A stretch of 64,000 nt of DNA from Fidelibacterota bacterium (GCA_046735395.1 JBJKQR010000012.1:128001-192000), one strand, 5' to 3'. Shown: positions 9,572 through 20,722, counted from the first letter of the stretch. Notes: a model not told the origin generated them from the sequence alone. Made by a program: numbers and translations.

Positions 9572-9966
9572 AAACGAATACGCTGAAAGAATGGAAGCTT
9601 AATTTTAACTGGGGCATGCTGGCCTTCATCATGCATCGCGTGACCGGCCTGGCACTCGTGCTCTATCTGATTCTGCATGTCTACAGCCTGAGCCATGTGC
9701 TGAATGGTGTGGATACCTTTGATCATTTCATGAAGGGATACGATTCCAGCATCGGACATGTCATCGAATTCCTGCTGCTGCTGGCTGTGCTGTGGCATCT
9801 GTTCAACGGACTGCGGATCACGATTACGGATTTTCTCCGTTTCACGCATCAGCAGAAGCGGCTCATTATCTGGGTGTTTGTCATTTCCGCTGTGATTGCC
9901 ATTCTGTCCATCACTCACTTCATTCCGGAAATTAAACCCCTGCTCGGACTGGGAGGCGCATTATGA
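9568..9966 (+). CDS. sdhC: Succinate dehydrogenase cytochrome b556 subunit
   Basis: Start ATG 9568 overlaps the sdhD stop (ATGA); MHRVTGLAL, WHLFNGLRI. Confidence 0.85.
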   Translation: MKTNTLKEWKLNFNWGMLAFIMHRVTGLALVLYLILHVYSLSHVLNGVDTFDHFMKGYDSSIGHVIEFLLLLAVLWHLFNGLRITITDFLRFTHQQKRLIIWVFVISAVIAILSITHFIPEIKPLLGLGGAL

Positions 9967-11693
9967 AATATCATCAAGTACTCGTCGTAGGAGCCGGGAA
10001 TTCCGGCCTCCGGGCAGCCATCGAGCTGAACAGAAACAATATCAAGGTCGGCGTTCTGACCAAGGTTCATCCGGTCCGCTCCCACAGTATTGCCGCCCAG
10101 GGCGGTATCAACGGCGCTCTGAAAAATCATCCGCGCGGTATTTATGACAGCGCCGAGCTGCATGCATTCGATACGGTGAAGGGCAGCGATTACCTGGCCG
10201 ATCAGAAAGCCGCACTGCGGATGACGACGGAAGCTCCGGAACGGATTTACGAACTGGAACACTGGGGCTGTCCCTTCAGCCGGACTCCCGAGGGAAAGAT
10301 CGCTCAGCGTCCCTTCGGCGGCGCCGGGTTCCCGAGAACTGCCTTCTCATCCGATAAGACAGGCCATGTCATTCTGCATACGCTCTATGAACAGGCCGTG
10401 AAGTATGAACAGGGTTCGGAACGGGCCGAAATGGTCATTTATGACGAATGGTTCGTCACCCGCCTCATCGTGGAAGACAATGTCGCCCGCGGAGTGGTCG
10501 CCATGGATCTGACCACCGGCGAGCTGGAAGTGTTCAAGGCCGATGCGGTCATCTGGGCCACTGGTGGCGCCGGACGCATGTGGGGAAAAACCTCCAATGC
10601 CTATATCAATACCGGCTGGGGTATGGCCGTTCCCTTCTACGAAGGAATCGGCATGAAGGATATGGAATTCATCCAGTTCCATCCCACCGAACTTTTTACC
10701 AATAATGTACTCATCACCGAAGGCGCCCGCGGTGAGGGCGGTTTTCTCCGCAACAGCACCGGCGAACGTTTTCTCGCCAATTACGATGATTCGGCCAAGG
10801 CCATGGAAGTGGCTCCCCGGGATATCGTTGCCCGGAATATGCAGCGGGAAATCCTGGCCGGACGCGGCGTGAACGGAAAATACATCAGCCTGGATCTGAC
10901 CCATCTCGGGAAAAAGAAGATTCTGGAACGTCTGCCCGGTATCCGTATGCATGCCATCCATTTTGCCGGTGTCGATCCCATTGACAAACCCATCCCTGTC
11001 GCACCCGGACAGCACTATACGATGGGAGGCCTGGATGTGGATATTGATGGCGCATCCCCGAAAATCAAAGGTTTCTTCGCTGCCGGTGAAGCTGCCTGCG
11101 TATCGGTTCACGGTGCCAACCGTCTCGGCGGAAACTCCCTGCTGGAAACGGTGGTCTACGGAAAAATTGCCGGTGAAGCCGCATCCAAATATGTGAAGGA
11201 CGGCGGCAGCCCTGCCGGGAATCCCGAAATCTTCAGCAAGGCTCTCCATGAAGAGGACAGCAAGATTTCCGACCTGCTCAACTCCGGCGGCAAGGAAAAT
11301 CACAACACGCTGAAGAAGATCCTCAACGAGACCATGAACGAAAAGGTCGGTATCTTCCGTGAAGCCAAACAGCTGGCGGAAGCCCTCGAAGTGGTGCTTG
11401 AGCTCAAGGATCGCTACAAGGACATCAAGCTGGGAAGCAGCGGCCGCAAGGCAAATTTCGACCTGCTCTGGGCTATTCAGCTGAAGGGCAGCATCGATAT
11501 CGCCGAAACGGTGGTCAAAGGTGCTCTGAACCGCGAGGAAAGCCGCGGTGCACAGTTCAGAACCGACTTCCCCACCCGGGATGACAAACGCTTCCTGAAG
11601 CATACTGTCGCCACCTGGAACGGGAAAACAGCCGACCTGAACTATACAGATGTGGACATCTCGCTGTTTGAACCCAAAGAACGTAAATATTAA
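9963..11693 (+). CDS. sdhA: Succinate dehydrogenase/fumarate reductase flavoprotein subunit
   Basis: GAGNSG, RSHSIAAQGG (covalent FAD His), QFHPT, EGARGEGG, HYTMGG, HGANRLGGNSL. Confidence 0.95.
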   Translation: MKYHQVLVVGAGNSGLRAAIELNRNNIKVGVLTKVHPVRSHSIAAQGGINGALKNHPRGIYDSAELHAFDTVKGSDYLADQKAALRMTTEAPERIYELEHWGCPFSRTPEGKIAQRPFGGAGFPRTAFSSDKTGHVILHTLYEQAVKYEQGSERAEMVIYDEWFVTRLIVEDNVARGVVAMDLTTGELEVFKADAVIWATGGAGRMWGKTSNAYINTGWGMAVPFYEGIGMKDMEFIQFHPTELFTNNVLITEGARGEGGFLRNSTGERFLANYDDSAKAMEVAPRDIVARNMQREILAGRGVNGKYISLDLTHLGKKKILERLPGIRMHAIHFAGVDPIDKPIPVAPGQHYTMGGLDVDIDGASPKIKGFFAAGEAACVSVHGANRLGGNSLLETVVYGKIAGEAASKYVKDGGSPAGNPEIFSKALHEEDSKISDLLNSGGKENHNTLKKILNETMNEKVGIFREAKQLAEALEVVLELKDRYKDIKLGSSGRKANFDLLWAIQLKGSIDIAETVVKGALNREESRGAQFRTDFPTRDDKRFLKHTVATWNGKTADLNYTDVDISLFEPKERKY

Positions 11694-11706
11694 GGAGGGA
11701 TGAAGC

Positions 11707-12441
11707 ATGGCTCAAATCAAGAAATTCAAAGTATTCCGCTTTGATCCCGATAAAGATAAACGGCATCATTTTGATGAATTCGAAGTGCCCTTCACGCCGG
11801 GTATGACGGTTCTGGACGGAATGAATTACATTCAGGAAAATCTGGATCCCACACTGGCCTACCGTTCTTCCTGCCGCGAAGGTGTCTGCGGTTCCTGCGC
11901 AATGCACATCAACGGCAAATACGGACTCGCCTGCGAAAACCAGCTCATGGACCTGCCTGAAAAAATTACGGTCAGGCCTCTTGCTCATCTGGATATCATC
12001 CGCGATATGTATGTGGATATGGACGATTTCTGGAACAAATACAAATCCATCAAGCCCTATCTCATTCCCGGAAATCCGGATCCTGAGGAAGGGGAACGGC
12101 TCCAGTCCCAGGATGAACGCGCCCATCTGGATGTGATCATCGACTGCATTCTCTGCGGATCCTGTTACGGCGCCTGCGGTGTGAACGGATACGACTCCGA
12201 CTATCTCGGGCCGGCAGCCCTGGCCAAGGCCAACCGCTTCTACATGGACAGCCGGGACAATGCCGACGAGGAACGGCTTTCGCTGGTTGCCGGCGAACAT
12301 GGAGCACTGCGCTGCCATACCATGTTCAACTGCCAGGAAGTCTGTCCCAAAGAGATCGATCCCACGGCCAATATTGCCAATCTCAAGCGCAATCTGGTCG
12401 CGAACCAGCTCAGTCCCAAATTCACAAAGAAGGGACTCTGA
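11707..12441 (+). CDS. sdhB: Succinate dehydrogenase/fumarate reductase iron-sulfur subunit
   Basis: CREGVCGSC, CILCGSCYGAC, CHTMFNCQEVCP. Confidence 0.95.
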   Translation: MAQIKKFKVFRFDPDKDKRHHFDEFEVPFTPGMTVLDGMNYIQENLDPTLAYRSSCREGVCGSCAMHINGKYGLACENQLMDLPEKITVRPLAHLDIIRDMYVDMDDFWNKYKSIKPYLIPGNPDPEEGERLQSQDERAHLDVIIDCILCGSCYGACGVNGYDSDYLGPAALAKANRFYMDSRDNADEERLSLVAGEHGALRCHTMFNCQEVCPKEIDPTANIANLKRNLVANQLSPKFTKKGL

Positions 12442-12474
12442 CACTGTCATATTCACACTGTCGGATATAAAATC

Positions 12475-12501
12475 AGAAGGGGGTCAATCGGCCCCCTTTT
12501 T
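12475..12501 (+). terminator. Intrinsic terminator after sdhB
   Basis: AGAAGGGGGTC-AATC-GGCCCCCTTTTT hairpin with T-run. Confidence 0.75.
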
Positions 12502-12649
12502 ACTATGAGGACGAAATCCGAATCCCGTTATGACACAAATCAGCAATCATGAAGTGTAATCCCGTTGAATAAGGCCTATTTTTTTATTTTAATGATTTGG
12601 AAACACATGATTAGTGCTTAATTTTTCAGGGTAGAGGACCGGAGCGTAT

Positions 12650-13126
12650 ATGCAGACAAGGCCTAATTGGGATGAATATTTTCTGGAGATTGCCAGGGTG
12701 GTGGCCAAACGGTCATCCTGTCTCCGCAGACAGGTGGGCGCCGTGATTGTACGGAACAAGGATATTATCTCGACCGGTTACAATGGTGCGCCGGCTCATC
12801 AGAAAAACAGCCTGGAATACGGATTCTGTTACCGGGAAGTGAATAACATTCCGTCCGGGACCCGTCTCGAACTCTGCCGGGCAGTCGGCTCACATGCCGA
12901 ATCCAATGCCATTGTACTGGCTGCCCGCAACGGACACGCCACAGCGGATTCGACCCTCTATGTCTACGGACATCAGTTTGTCTGCAATCAGTGCAAGGCC
13001 ATGATCGCCAATGCGCTGATCCGTCGCGTGGTACTTCAGAGACCGGACGGAAGCACGGAGGAATCTGTGCCGGAACAGGACTGGACCATTCATCCTGTCG
13101 ATTCGCCCGATCCCGGTCAGTTCTGA
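12650..13126 (+). CDS. dCMP deaminase / ComEB family cytidine deaminase
   Basis: RPNWDEYF, RSSCLRRQVGAV, TGYNG, HAESNAI, CNQC. Confidence 0.9.
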   Translation: MQTRPNWDEYFLEIARVVAKRSSCLRRQVGAVIVRNKDIISTGYNGAPAHQKNSLEYGFCYREVNNIPSGTRLELCRAVGSHAESNAIVLAARNGHATADSTLYVYGHQFVCNQCKAMIANALIRRVVLQRPDGSTEESVPEQDWTIHPVDSPDPGQF

Positions 13127-13169
13127 TCAAGACGGACGCCCACGGGTCCGAATATTTATAAGGATAAGC

Positions 13170-14081
13170 ATGAGTGAACACCCGCTGCTGCAGTGCCGGA
13201 ACCTGAGCAAGAGCTTTGGTCCGCTGAAGGTGCTGGATGGTGTCTCATTATCCGTATTTCCGGGAGATATTTTCGGATTTCTCGGGCCGAACGGAGCCGG
13301 TAAATCCACGACTATCCGAATTATTGCCGATCTGATCCGGCCCGACGAAGGTTCGGTTTCCATTCATGGCTTTGATGTCAGTCAGGATAAAATCATGGCT
13401 TTGAAAAATACCGGCATGCTTATCGAAAAACCGGCTTTTTATCCCCATCTCAGTGCCCGGCGAAATTTGAAGATGATCTGCGACCTCTTTCCGGATATTC
13501 CGCTGACCGAAATTGACCGGGTTCTGCATCTGGTTGATCTTGATTCGGCGGCGGACCGGAAGGTGCGGCATTTTTCACAGGGTATGAAACAGCGCCTCGG
13601 AATTGCGCAGGCACTCATGGGACGACCGGATCTCATTGTGCTGGATGAACCGACAAACGGGCTGGATCCGGTATCCATGCGGGATATCCGTAATCTGATG
13701 AAACGCTTTCGGGATGAGGGACACAGCATTCTCCTGTCCTCTCATCTGCTCTACGAAGTGGAACGAACCTGCAATCGAATGGCCATCATCAATGCGGGCC
13801 ATGTTGTCCGGGAAGGGAAGGTGGAAGATCTTCTGTCCGGCTCAACCATCTTCCGTACCGAATTCGTTGCTGAAAATTCTGAGCTGCTGCAATCTTTTTT
13901 AACCCATCATTTTGATGCGGAGTCCATTCAGGCCACGGCGACGGGATTTCTGGTAAAGGTTCCGCAGGGCGATATTCCCGGCCTGGCGGAGGCTGCCGTG
14001 AAGGAAGGTGTCCGCCTTCGTTCCATTATTCCCAGATCCACGCTCGAAGATTATTTTATCGAAACTCTGGAATTGTCATGA
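13170..14081 (+). CDS. ABC transporter ATP-binding protein (BcrA/ABC-2 type)
   Basis: GPNGAGKST, FSQGMKQRLG, LDEPTNGLDP, SSH. Confidence 0.92.
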   Translation: MSEHPLLQCRNLSKSFGPLKVLDGVSLSVFPGDIFGFLGPNGAGKSTTIRIIADLIRPDEGSVSIHGFDVSQDKIMALKNTGMLIEKPAFYPHLSARRNLKMICDLFPDIPLTEIDRVLHLVDLDSAADRKVRHFSQGMKQRLGIAQALMGRPDLIVLDEPTNGLDPVSMRDIRNLMKRFRDEGHSILLSSHLLYEVERTCNRMAIINAGHVVREGKVEDLLSGSTIFRTEFVAENSELLQSFLTHHFDAESIQATATGFLVKVPQGDIPGLAEAAVKEGVRLRSIIPRSTLEDYFIETLELS

Positions 14082-14914
14082 TTCTCTACAGACTATTGAA
14101 AATTGAAATATTCAAGACTTTCAGTAAATGGCGCAGTTTCATCAGCTTCATCCTGTTTGCCGTATTTATCCCCACGATCCTGATCGTAGCCCATTTCAGC
14201 GGTGGCCTGGGCGGGGAACTGCTGCCCGAAAGCCGGAAGCACTTTCTATTCAGCGGAAATCTGTACAACGGGTACTTTCTGGCTTATTTTGTTCTCAATC
14301 TGCTCTTTATTCACCTGCCCTTTCTGGTGACGGTGGCAGCCGGAGACCTGTTTGCCGGTGAAGCGACAGACGGCACCTACCGGTTTCTATTAGTGCGCTC
14401 CATTTCGCGGAAGCAGTTTTATATTTCGAAATGGCTTACAAACGCCGCCTATACCTTCTCTCTGCTTTTCTTTCTGGGTGGGCTTACTCTCATTCTCGGG
14501 CTGATTCTGGAAGGCACGGGTGATCTGATGGCCGTATCTCCCGAATTCGGCCTGGCCATTCTGGACAGACATTCGGCACTTATCAAACTCATCGAAGCCT
14601 ATGCGCTGGGGGCCCTGAATCTTCTCACGGTGAGTACGCTGGCATTGCTGCTGTCCGTTTTTGTATCCAATGCCATCGGCCCCATCATTGCCTCCATGGG
14701 AATCATCATCGTTTTTTATCTGGTTGAGCTCATTGACCTGTCCGTATTCAGAGCCATCCGCCCCTACCTGTTCACGCATTACATGGATTCCTGGCTCTCC
14801 GTGTTTTTTGACGGAAAGGAGTTGCTGCTGCCCATTGTGGTTCATCTCCTGTACATAGCTGTTTTTACTCTCATATCTTTTGTTTATTTTATCAGGAAGG
14901 AGATTAGTTCGTGA
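14078..14914 (+). CDS. ABC-2 type transporter permease
   Basis: Six hydrophobic segments; AGEATDGT..L.R.ISR motif; overlaps the ATPase stop. Confidence 0.85.
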   Translation: MILYRLLKIEIFKTFSKWRSFISFILFAVFIPTILIVAHFSGGLGGELLPESRKHFLFSGNLYNGYFLAYFVLNLLFIHLPFLVTVAAGDLFAGEATDGTYRFLLVRSISRKQFYISKWLTNAAYTFSLLFFLGGLTLILGLILEGTGDLMAVSPEFGLAILDRHSALIKLIEAYALGALNLLTVSTLALLLSVFVSNAIGPIIASMGIIIVFYLVELIDLSVFRAIRPYLFTHYMDSWLSVFFDGKELLLPIVVHLLYIAVFTLISFVYFIRKEISS

Positions 14915-15582
14915 TCGTATTTCTGCTGATTCTGGCCCTGTGCCTGCCGCTGCATGCCGACGATATGGCGCACTATCTGAAAAAACTTCAGGCTCATGCT
15001 GATCTGATACAGGATATTCAGGTGGATATCTCCGTGCGCAGCCGTATGCCCGGACTGACAATTCCCGACCGCAGCGCAAGCTATTATTTCAAGCGTCCCG
15101 GGAAAATGCGTCTGATGGGTGAGGATTTCACCATGGTGCCGAAAGAGGCCCTGATGATGGATTTTTCCTCCCTTGCCGATTCCCTGACCACCGTTTCCCG
15201 AATGAGGCCTGACAGCCTGGCTGGAAGCTCCCGAATTCTTCTTCTCTTCAGCAGGACCGTGGATAACCGGATTACGACCACCCGGGCCTGCATCGATACG
15301 CTGGACTGGACCGTAGAGACGCTGGATATTGACGAGGGAAAATCCTTCAGATCACACGTTACCTTTCATTATACAGATGTAAACGGAATTTCTGTGCCCG
15401 ACAGAATCAGAGCGGATGTTGAATCATCACGAATGCAGAGGCGGGTCCGCAATCCGCGGTCCGGATCCTTTCATGCGGGAGGAAGTGATTCGGAATCGGG
15501 ATATATAGAGATAAAATTCAATCATTATCGTATCAATCAGGGCCTGGATGACAAATTATTCGAGGATGGCAGCAATGACTGA
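14911..15582 (+). CDS. Periplasmic LolA-like / outer-membrane lipoprotein-sorting family protein
   Basis: Signal peptide; YFKRPGKMRL and C-terminal INQGLDDKLF typical of LolA-fold proteins. Confidence 0.6.
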   Translation: MIVFLLILALCLPLHADDMAHYLKKLQAHADLIQDIQVDISVRSRMPGLTIPDRSASYYFKRPGKMRLMGEDFTMVPKEALMMDFSSLADSLTTVSRMRPDSLAGSSRILLLFSRTVDNRITTTRACIDTLDWTVETLDIDEGKSFRSHVTFHYTDVNGISVPDRIRADVESSRMQRRVRNPRSGSFHAGGSDSESGYIEIKFNHYRINQGLDDKLFEDGSND

Positions 15583-16171
15583 CAAGGCCGTATCCCGCCT
15601 GGCAAAGGCTATTTCCGTACTTTTCAATCCCCTGTGGATCGGGTTAATCTTTTTTATTATTCTCGTTTCAGTTATGCCCTATACCCGGAGTGAGACAAGC
15701 CTCGTTCTGGTCAGCGGTATCCTGTCCACCGTCATCCTTCCACTGGCCATCGTGGGGATGTTGGTAAAGCGGGGGCTGGCGGAAAATATGGACGTTCCGG
15801 ACCGGCGTAAGCGTCTGCTGCCCTTTGCCCTGTTCTCCATTGAATACGGGCTTTTTGCCCTGGCCAATGCCTTTCTCCACCTGCCCGTATCCTTTCAGGC
15901 AGTGATGTGGATTGTCCTGATCAATACTCTGATCTATGGACTGATCACCATCTGGTGGAAGATCAGCATTCATGCCGCGGGGATTGCCGGTTATCTGGTT
16001 TGCATCATGTATTTTACTGAAATGTGGACCTGGTGGGCACTGCTGCCGGTGGTGGCTGTGGCCTGGAGCAGGATCTATCTGAGAGCCCACACTGCCGCGC
16101 AGATCGCCATGGGAATCCTGCTCGGCACCGGGTTGACACTGTTTCAACTTCAATTCTATCTGCCGAATTAG
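15575..16171 (+). CDS. PAP2-superfamily-like membrane protein
   Basis: Multiple TM helices; WKISIH and WSRIYLRAHT motifs. Confidence 0.7.
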   Translation: MTDKAVSRLAKAISVLFNPLWIGLIFFIILVSVMPYTRSETSLVLVSGILSTVILPLAIVGMLVKRGLAENMDVPDRRKRLLPFALFSIEYGLFALANAFLHLPVSFQAVMWIVLINTLIYGLITIWWKISIHAAGIAGYLVCIMYFTEMWTWWALLPVVAVAWSRIYLRAHTAAQIAMGILLGTGLTLFQLQFYLPN

Positions 16172-16191
16172 CCGCACATAAAGGAGTATTC

Positions 16192-17433
16192 ATGCGACGA
16201 GTCCTGTCACTGATTCTGGGCGGAGGCCGTGGGACCCGGCTGGCTCCGTTGACCAGTCTTCGCTCAAAACCGGCCGTTCCCATCGGCGGAAAATACCGCC
16301 TGATCGATATTCCCATTTCAAATTGTCTGAACAGCAATGTGAGAAAAATATTTGTCCTGACTCAGTTCAACAGTGAGAGTCTGCACCGGCATCTGTTTCA
16401 CACCTATACCTTTGACCGTTTCAGCCATGGATTTCTCGAGATTCTGGCTGCTTCCCAGTCGCTGGAACACGCAGACTGGTATCAGGGCACGGCGGATGCG
16501 GTCCGTCAGTCACTGACGCATTTCGGAAACATGGATTTCGATGAATACCTCATTCTGGCCGGGGATCACCTCTACCGCATGAATTATTCCGAATTCATCA
16601 TGACCCACCGTATGAAGAACGCGGATCTGACAGTGTCGGTGAAGCCGGTGAGCCGCAGTGAAGCCGGTGAATTCGGAATCCTGAAGGTGGACGGGGACGG
16701 ACGCATCATCAATTTTGCCGAAAAGCCGAATGACGATGCAGTGCTGGATTCACTCATGAGCGACACGGGCGATCCGGATCGGCCCTTCTGGGGTTCGATG
16801 GGAATTTATGTCTTCAAGCGCAAGGTACTGAACCGGGCTCTCGTCGAAATCAAGGAAGAGGACTTCGGCAAACACGTCATACCGGGATCCATTGCCGGAG
16901 GCAGAAAGGTTTATGCTCATTTTTTCAAGGGCTACTGGGAAGACATCGGGACCATCAGGGCCTTTTATGAGACGAATATCGCGCTGACGCAGATGGCGCC
17001 GCCCTTCCGGTTCATCGACAATGCCATGCCCATTTACACCCATGCCCGGATGCTGCCGGGAACCCGTATTGATGTCCGCACCATCCATCGCTCCCTTATC
17101 AATGACGGCTGCCGTATCAAGGCTGACTCCATTAAAAACAGTATCATCGGGGTTGCTTCGATTGTCCGGGAAGGATCCGAAATTTCCGACACGTATATCA
17201 TGGGGAATGATTATTATGAGGAACGGGAAGGACGTGATGAGATCCCTCTCGGAATCGGGAAGAATTGTATCATAAAAAAGGCCATCATCGACAAGAATGC
17301 CCGGGTCGGAGATAATGTGAAGATTCTCAACCGCAGCGGGAAAATGAATGAAACACATGATCAGTACTGGATTCGGGACGGGGTGGTGGTCCTGAAGAAG
17401 AATGCGGTTATTCCGGATGGGGCCGAAATCTGA
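16192..17433 (+). CDS. glgC: Glucose-1-phosphate adenylyltransferase
   Basis: SD AAGGAG then ATG 16192; GGGRGTRLAPLT..RSKPAVP, WYQGTADAV, EKP, YWEDIGTI. Confidence 0.95.
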   Translation: MRRVLSLILGGGRGTRLAPLTSLRSKPAVPIGGKYRLIDIPISNCLNSNVRKIFVLTQFNSESLHRHLFHTYTFDRFSHGFLEILAASQSLEHADWYQGTADAVRQSLTHFGNMDFDEYLILAGDHLYRMNYSEFIMTHRMKNADLTVSVKPVSRSEAGEFGILKVDGDGRIINFAEKPNDDAVLDSLMSDTGDPDRPFWGSMGIYVFKRKVLNRALVEIKEEDFGKHVIPGSIAGGRKVYAHFFKGYWEDIGTIRAFYETNIALTQMAPPFRFIDNAMPIYTHARMLPGTRIDVRTIHRSLINDGCRIKADSIKNSIIGVASIVREGSEISDTYIMGNDYYEEREGRDEIPLGIGKNCIIKKAIIDKNARVGDNVKILNRSGKMNETHDQYWIRDGVVVLKKNAVIPDGAEI

Positions 17434-17659
17434 ATTTTCCGGATTCGTTCTTCTCAAAAGGGATATATGTTATGAATTTTAATAATGATAGCGGGTTCTA
17501 TGGATCATTGCTGCATTCTGAAGAGAAGAAGAAGGGGCAAGTCTGATTCATGGAAACAGCTGAACCGAAAGAGTTTAATTTTATTATCCGGAGAATGCCC
17601 TTGCCCGAATTGCCCGGGAATGATAATTGCAGTGGAGTTGGGAAAGGAACAGGAGAGGC

Positions 17660-19312
17660 ATGACAAAGTCAAGAACGCTGAAGGACTGGGAAAACGGGAC
17701 GAGAAAGGACGCTCTGAGCGTAAGACCGGAGCGCAGAAGGGTGTTCAGCACCAGCAGCGGGGAAGAAATCCAGGCGCTATACAACGAAGAATCAAGGACG
17801 GGAGGCCCGGAGGATCCGGGATTTCCCGGTGAGTATCCCTTTACGCGGGGTATCTACCCCAGCATGTACCGGGGGCAGTTCTGGACAATGCGCCAGTATG
17901 CCGGGTTCGGGGATGCGGGCCTGAGCAACGAACGCTATAAATATTTATTGAACCAGGGACAGACCGGGCTGTCCGTGGCGTTTGACCTTCCGACACAGAT
18001 CGGGTATGACAGCGATCATCCGCTGAGCAACGGCGAAGTGGGAAAAGTGGGCGTCGCCATTGATTCTCTGCAGGATATGGAGCTGCTGTTCAGGGAGATT
18101 CCCCTCGACAAGGTTTCCACATCCATGACCATCAATGCACCGGCACCGATTCTGCTGGCCATGTACATCGCGGTCGCGGAGAAGCGCGGCATTTCACCGG
18201 AAAAGCTGAGCGGGACCATACAGAATGATATTCTCAAGGAATATGTGGCTCGCGGAACCTTTATTTTTCCGCCCCGGCCCTCCATGAGGCTGATTACGGA
18301 TATTTTTGAGTACTGCCGGGTTCATATACCCAAATGGAATACGATTTCCATTTCCGGTTACCATATCCGGGAAGCCGGTTCCGATGCCGCTCAGGAAATC
18401 GGATTTACGCTTGCGGATGGAATTGCCTATGTGCAGGCGGCTCTGGACGCGGGCCTGGATGTGGACGCCTTTGCCGGGCGGCTGTCCTTTTTCTTCAATG
18501 CGCATAATAATCTCTTTGAGGAAGTTGCCAAGTTCCGTGCAGCCCGGCGGCTCTGGGCTTCCATCATGAAGGACCGTTTTCATGCCCATGACGAAAAATC
18601 CATGATGCTGCGCTTTCATACCCAGACCGGCGGGTCCACGCTGACGGCCCAGCAGCCTGATAATAATATCGTGCGGGTTACACTGCAGGCTCTGGCAGCC
18701 GTGCTGGGCGGGACCCAGTCCCTGCACACGAACGGCCGGGATGAAGCGCTGGCTCTGCCGACGGAGGACAGCGTGCGGACGGCGCTGCGGACTCAGCAGC
18801 TGCTGGCTCACGAATCGGGGGTGGCGGACAGTATCGATCCCCTCGGCGGATCCTGGCTGGTGGAGTCCCTCACCGATTCACTGGAGGCCAAAGCCCGGGA
18901 ATATATTGCTAAAATTGACGATCTGGGCGGAATGATCGAAGCGATCGAGCAGGGCTATGTTCAGCGTGAGATACAGGCTTCCGCCTACCGGGCTCAGCAG
19001 GAAGTGGAAACGGGTGAGGCGGTGATCGTGGGTGTCAATAAGTACAGGGACAGGGAAGAGCCGCAGGAAAATCTGCTTTCCGTCAATCCTGCCCTGCAGG
19101 CGCTGCAGGTGAGACGGCTGAGTATTCTGAAATCCGGCCGTGACAGTGCTGCGGTGAAGACTACACTGGAAAAATTAAAGAATACGGCTGCCGGGTCGGA
19201 TAATATCATGCCGGCAATGATTGAGGCTGTGAAAAGCTATGCCACAATCGGAGAGATCAGTGACACGCTGCGAAGCGTTTTCGGCGAGTACCGGGAAACG
19301 ATAGTCATCTGA
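17660..19312 (+). CDS. Methylmalonyl-CoA mutase, substrate-binding (large) subunit; no B12-binding domain
   Basis: [19 protein letters not shown] (Tyr of MCM type), [25 protein letters not shown]. Confidence 0.92.
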   Translation: MTKSRTLKDWENGTRKDALSVRPERRRVFSTSSGEEIQALYNEESRTGGPEDPGFPGEYPFTRGIYPSMYRGQFWTMRQYAGFGDAGLSNERYKYLLNQGQTGLSVAFDLPTQIGYDSDHPLSNGEVGKVGVAIDSLQDMELLFREIPLDKVSTSMTINAPAPILLAMYIAVAEKRGISPEKLSGTIQNDILKEYVARGTFIFPPRPSMRLITDIFEYCRVHIPKWNTISISGYHIREAGSDAAQEIGFTLADGIAYVQAALDAGLDVDAFAGRLSFFFNAHNNLFEEVAKFRAARRLWASIMKDRFHAHDEKSMMLRFHTQTGGSTLTAQQPDNNIVRVTLQALAAVLGGTQSLHTNGRDEALALPTEDSVRTALRTQQLLAHESGVADSIDPLGGSWLVESLTDSLEAKAREYIAKIDDLGGMIEAIEQGYVQREIQASAYRAQQEVETGEAVIVGVNKYRDREEPQENLLSVNPALQALQVRRLSILKSGRDSAAVKTTLEKLKNTAAGSDNIMPAMIEAVKSYATIGEISDTLRSVFGEYRETIVI

Positions 19313-19357
19313 TATCGGCCGGTAACTCACATAATATTTACCAGTGCGGGGGTGACC

Positions 19358-19777
19358 ATGATCCGGAAAATCAATCATATCGGTATTGCCGTCAATAATT
19401 GCGATGAACAGCGCGGCTGGTACAGCGATGTGCTGGGCCTGAAGGAAATTGGCAGTGAAATTCTGCCGGATCAGGGCGTGAAAGTCCTGATATTTGCTGT
19501 GGGCGATACGCGGATCGAACTTCTGGAGCCGCTGGACGACGCAAGTCCCATTGCCAGGTTCATTGCCCGTCGGGGCCAGGGCCTGCATCATATTGCCTAT
19601 GATGCGGATTCCTGCGAGGCCGCTCTGAAAAAGGCCGTGGATGCCGGTTATACAGCTCTCGATAGCGAACCCCGTGCCGGTGCGCAGGGCACGTCCGTCG
19701 CCTTTCTCCATCCCGCCGCCACCTTCGGCGTGCTCACTGAACTGGTGGAGGAGGGGGAACGCACGATGCATTTTTAA
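19358..19777 (+). CDS. mce: Methylmalonyl-CoA epimerase
   Basis: INHIGIAV, IELLEP, GLHHIAY, FLHP..TFGVLTELVE; next to the mutase gene. Confidence 0.92.
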   Translation: MIRKINHIGIAVNNCDEQRGWYSDVLGLKEIGSEILPDQGVKVLIFAVGDTRIELLEPLDDASPIARFIARRGQGLHHIAYDADSCEAALKKAVDAGYTALDSEPRAGAQGTSVAFLHPAATFGVLTELVEEGERTMHF

Positions 19778-19864
19778 CCGATTATTCATTATTTTAAGTA
19801 AAGTCGGTGCCGAAAAACTGAATAAAGAAACTCAAGTGCTGTCTTATACGGAGGAGTTCAAATA

Positions 19865-20722
19865 ATGCAGAAAAAAATTAACTCATTATCCGTTCCGGGT
19901 GCAGTCATTTCGGTTTATTCCATGAATCAGCAGGACTATATCTCCCTCACGGATATTGCAAAATACAGAAACCACGAAGCTCCTGCAGATATTGTAAAAA
20001 ATTGGCTTCGCAGTCGTAGTACGATAGAATTTCTGGGATTATGGGAAAAACTTAATAATCCTGATTTTAAAGTGGTCGAATTCGACCACTTTAGATTGGA
20101 AGCGGGAAGCAACTACTTTGTCTTATCCCCTAAAAAGTGGATAGAATCCACTGATGCTATCGGACTTACCTCAAAATCAGGGAGATATGGCGGTACCTTT
20201 GGTCATCAGGATATTGCTTTTGAATTTGCTTCGTGGATAAGTGCGGAACTCAAGCTCTATATTCTTAAAGAATTTCAGCGCCTCAAACAGGAGGAAATTC
20301 AGCAGAAAAGGCTTGAATGGAGTATTTCGAGGACAATTGCAAAAGTAAATTATGCCATTCATACGGATGCAGTAAAAGTGCATCTGATACCGGATGATAT
20401 CTCACATTCAAAAAAGAAGTTTATTTATGCTGATGAAGCAGACCTAATAAATTTTGCCCTTTGGGGAAAAACAGCGCAGGACTGGCGAAATGAAAATCCG
20501 AATCATATAGGTAATATGCGGGATAATGCCACATTGGAACAGCTTGTGGTGCTCTCTAACCTTGAAAGTTACAATTCTGAACTTATAAAACAGAAAATAC
20601 CTGCGGAAAAACGGCTGGTGGACTTGAACAGAATTGCAATTGAGCAGATAAAGGTCTTGATTGAGAATAAATCAATCAGGAAATTGGAGGAACGAATATA
20701 TGGAAAAGCAGGAGATGCTTGA
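19865..20722 (+). CDS. KilA-N domain DNA-binding protein (AT-rich)
   Basis: DYISLTDIAK, NWLRSRSTIEFLGLWE, SGRYGGTF.H.DIAFEFASWIS. Confidence 0.88.
   Translation: MQKKINSLSVPGAVISVYSMNQQDYISLTDIAKYRNHEAPADIVKNWLRSRSTIEFLGLWEKLNNPDFKVVEFDHFRLEAGSNYFVLSPKKWIESTDAIGLTSKSGRYGGTFGHQDIAFEFASWISAELKLYILKEFQRLKQEEIQQKRLEWSISRTIAKVNYAIHTDAVKVHLIPDDISHSKKKFIYADEADLINFALWGKTAQDWRNENPNHIGNMRDNATLEQLVVLSNLESYNSELIKQKIPAEKRLVDLNRIAIEQIKVLIENKSIRKLEERIYGKAGDA

Noticed and set aside
10347..12456. Long minus-strand ORFs (453 aa and 299 aa) over sdhA/sdhB
   Set aside because: Antisense shadows of strongly supported genes, with no recognisable motifs. The same applies to 26432-27766, 44009-44881, 45121-46032 and 50963-51886.
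17434..17659. Cobalamin riboswitch upstream of the methylmalonyl-CoA mutase
   Set aside because: No B12-box or other conserved riboswitch motifs are recognisable.
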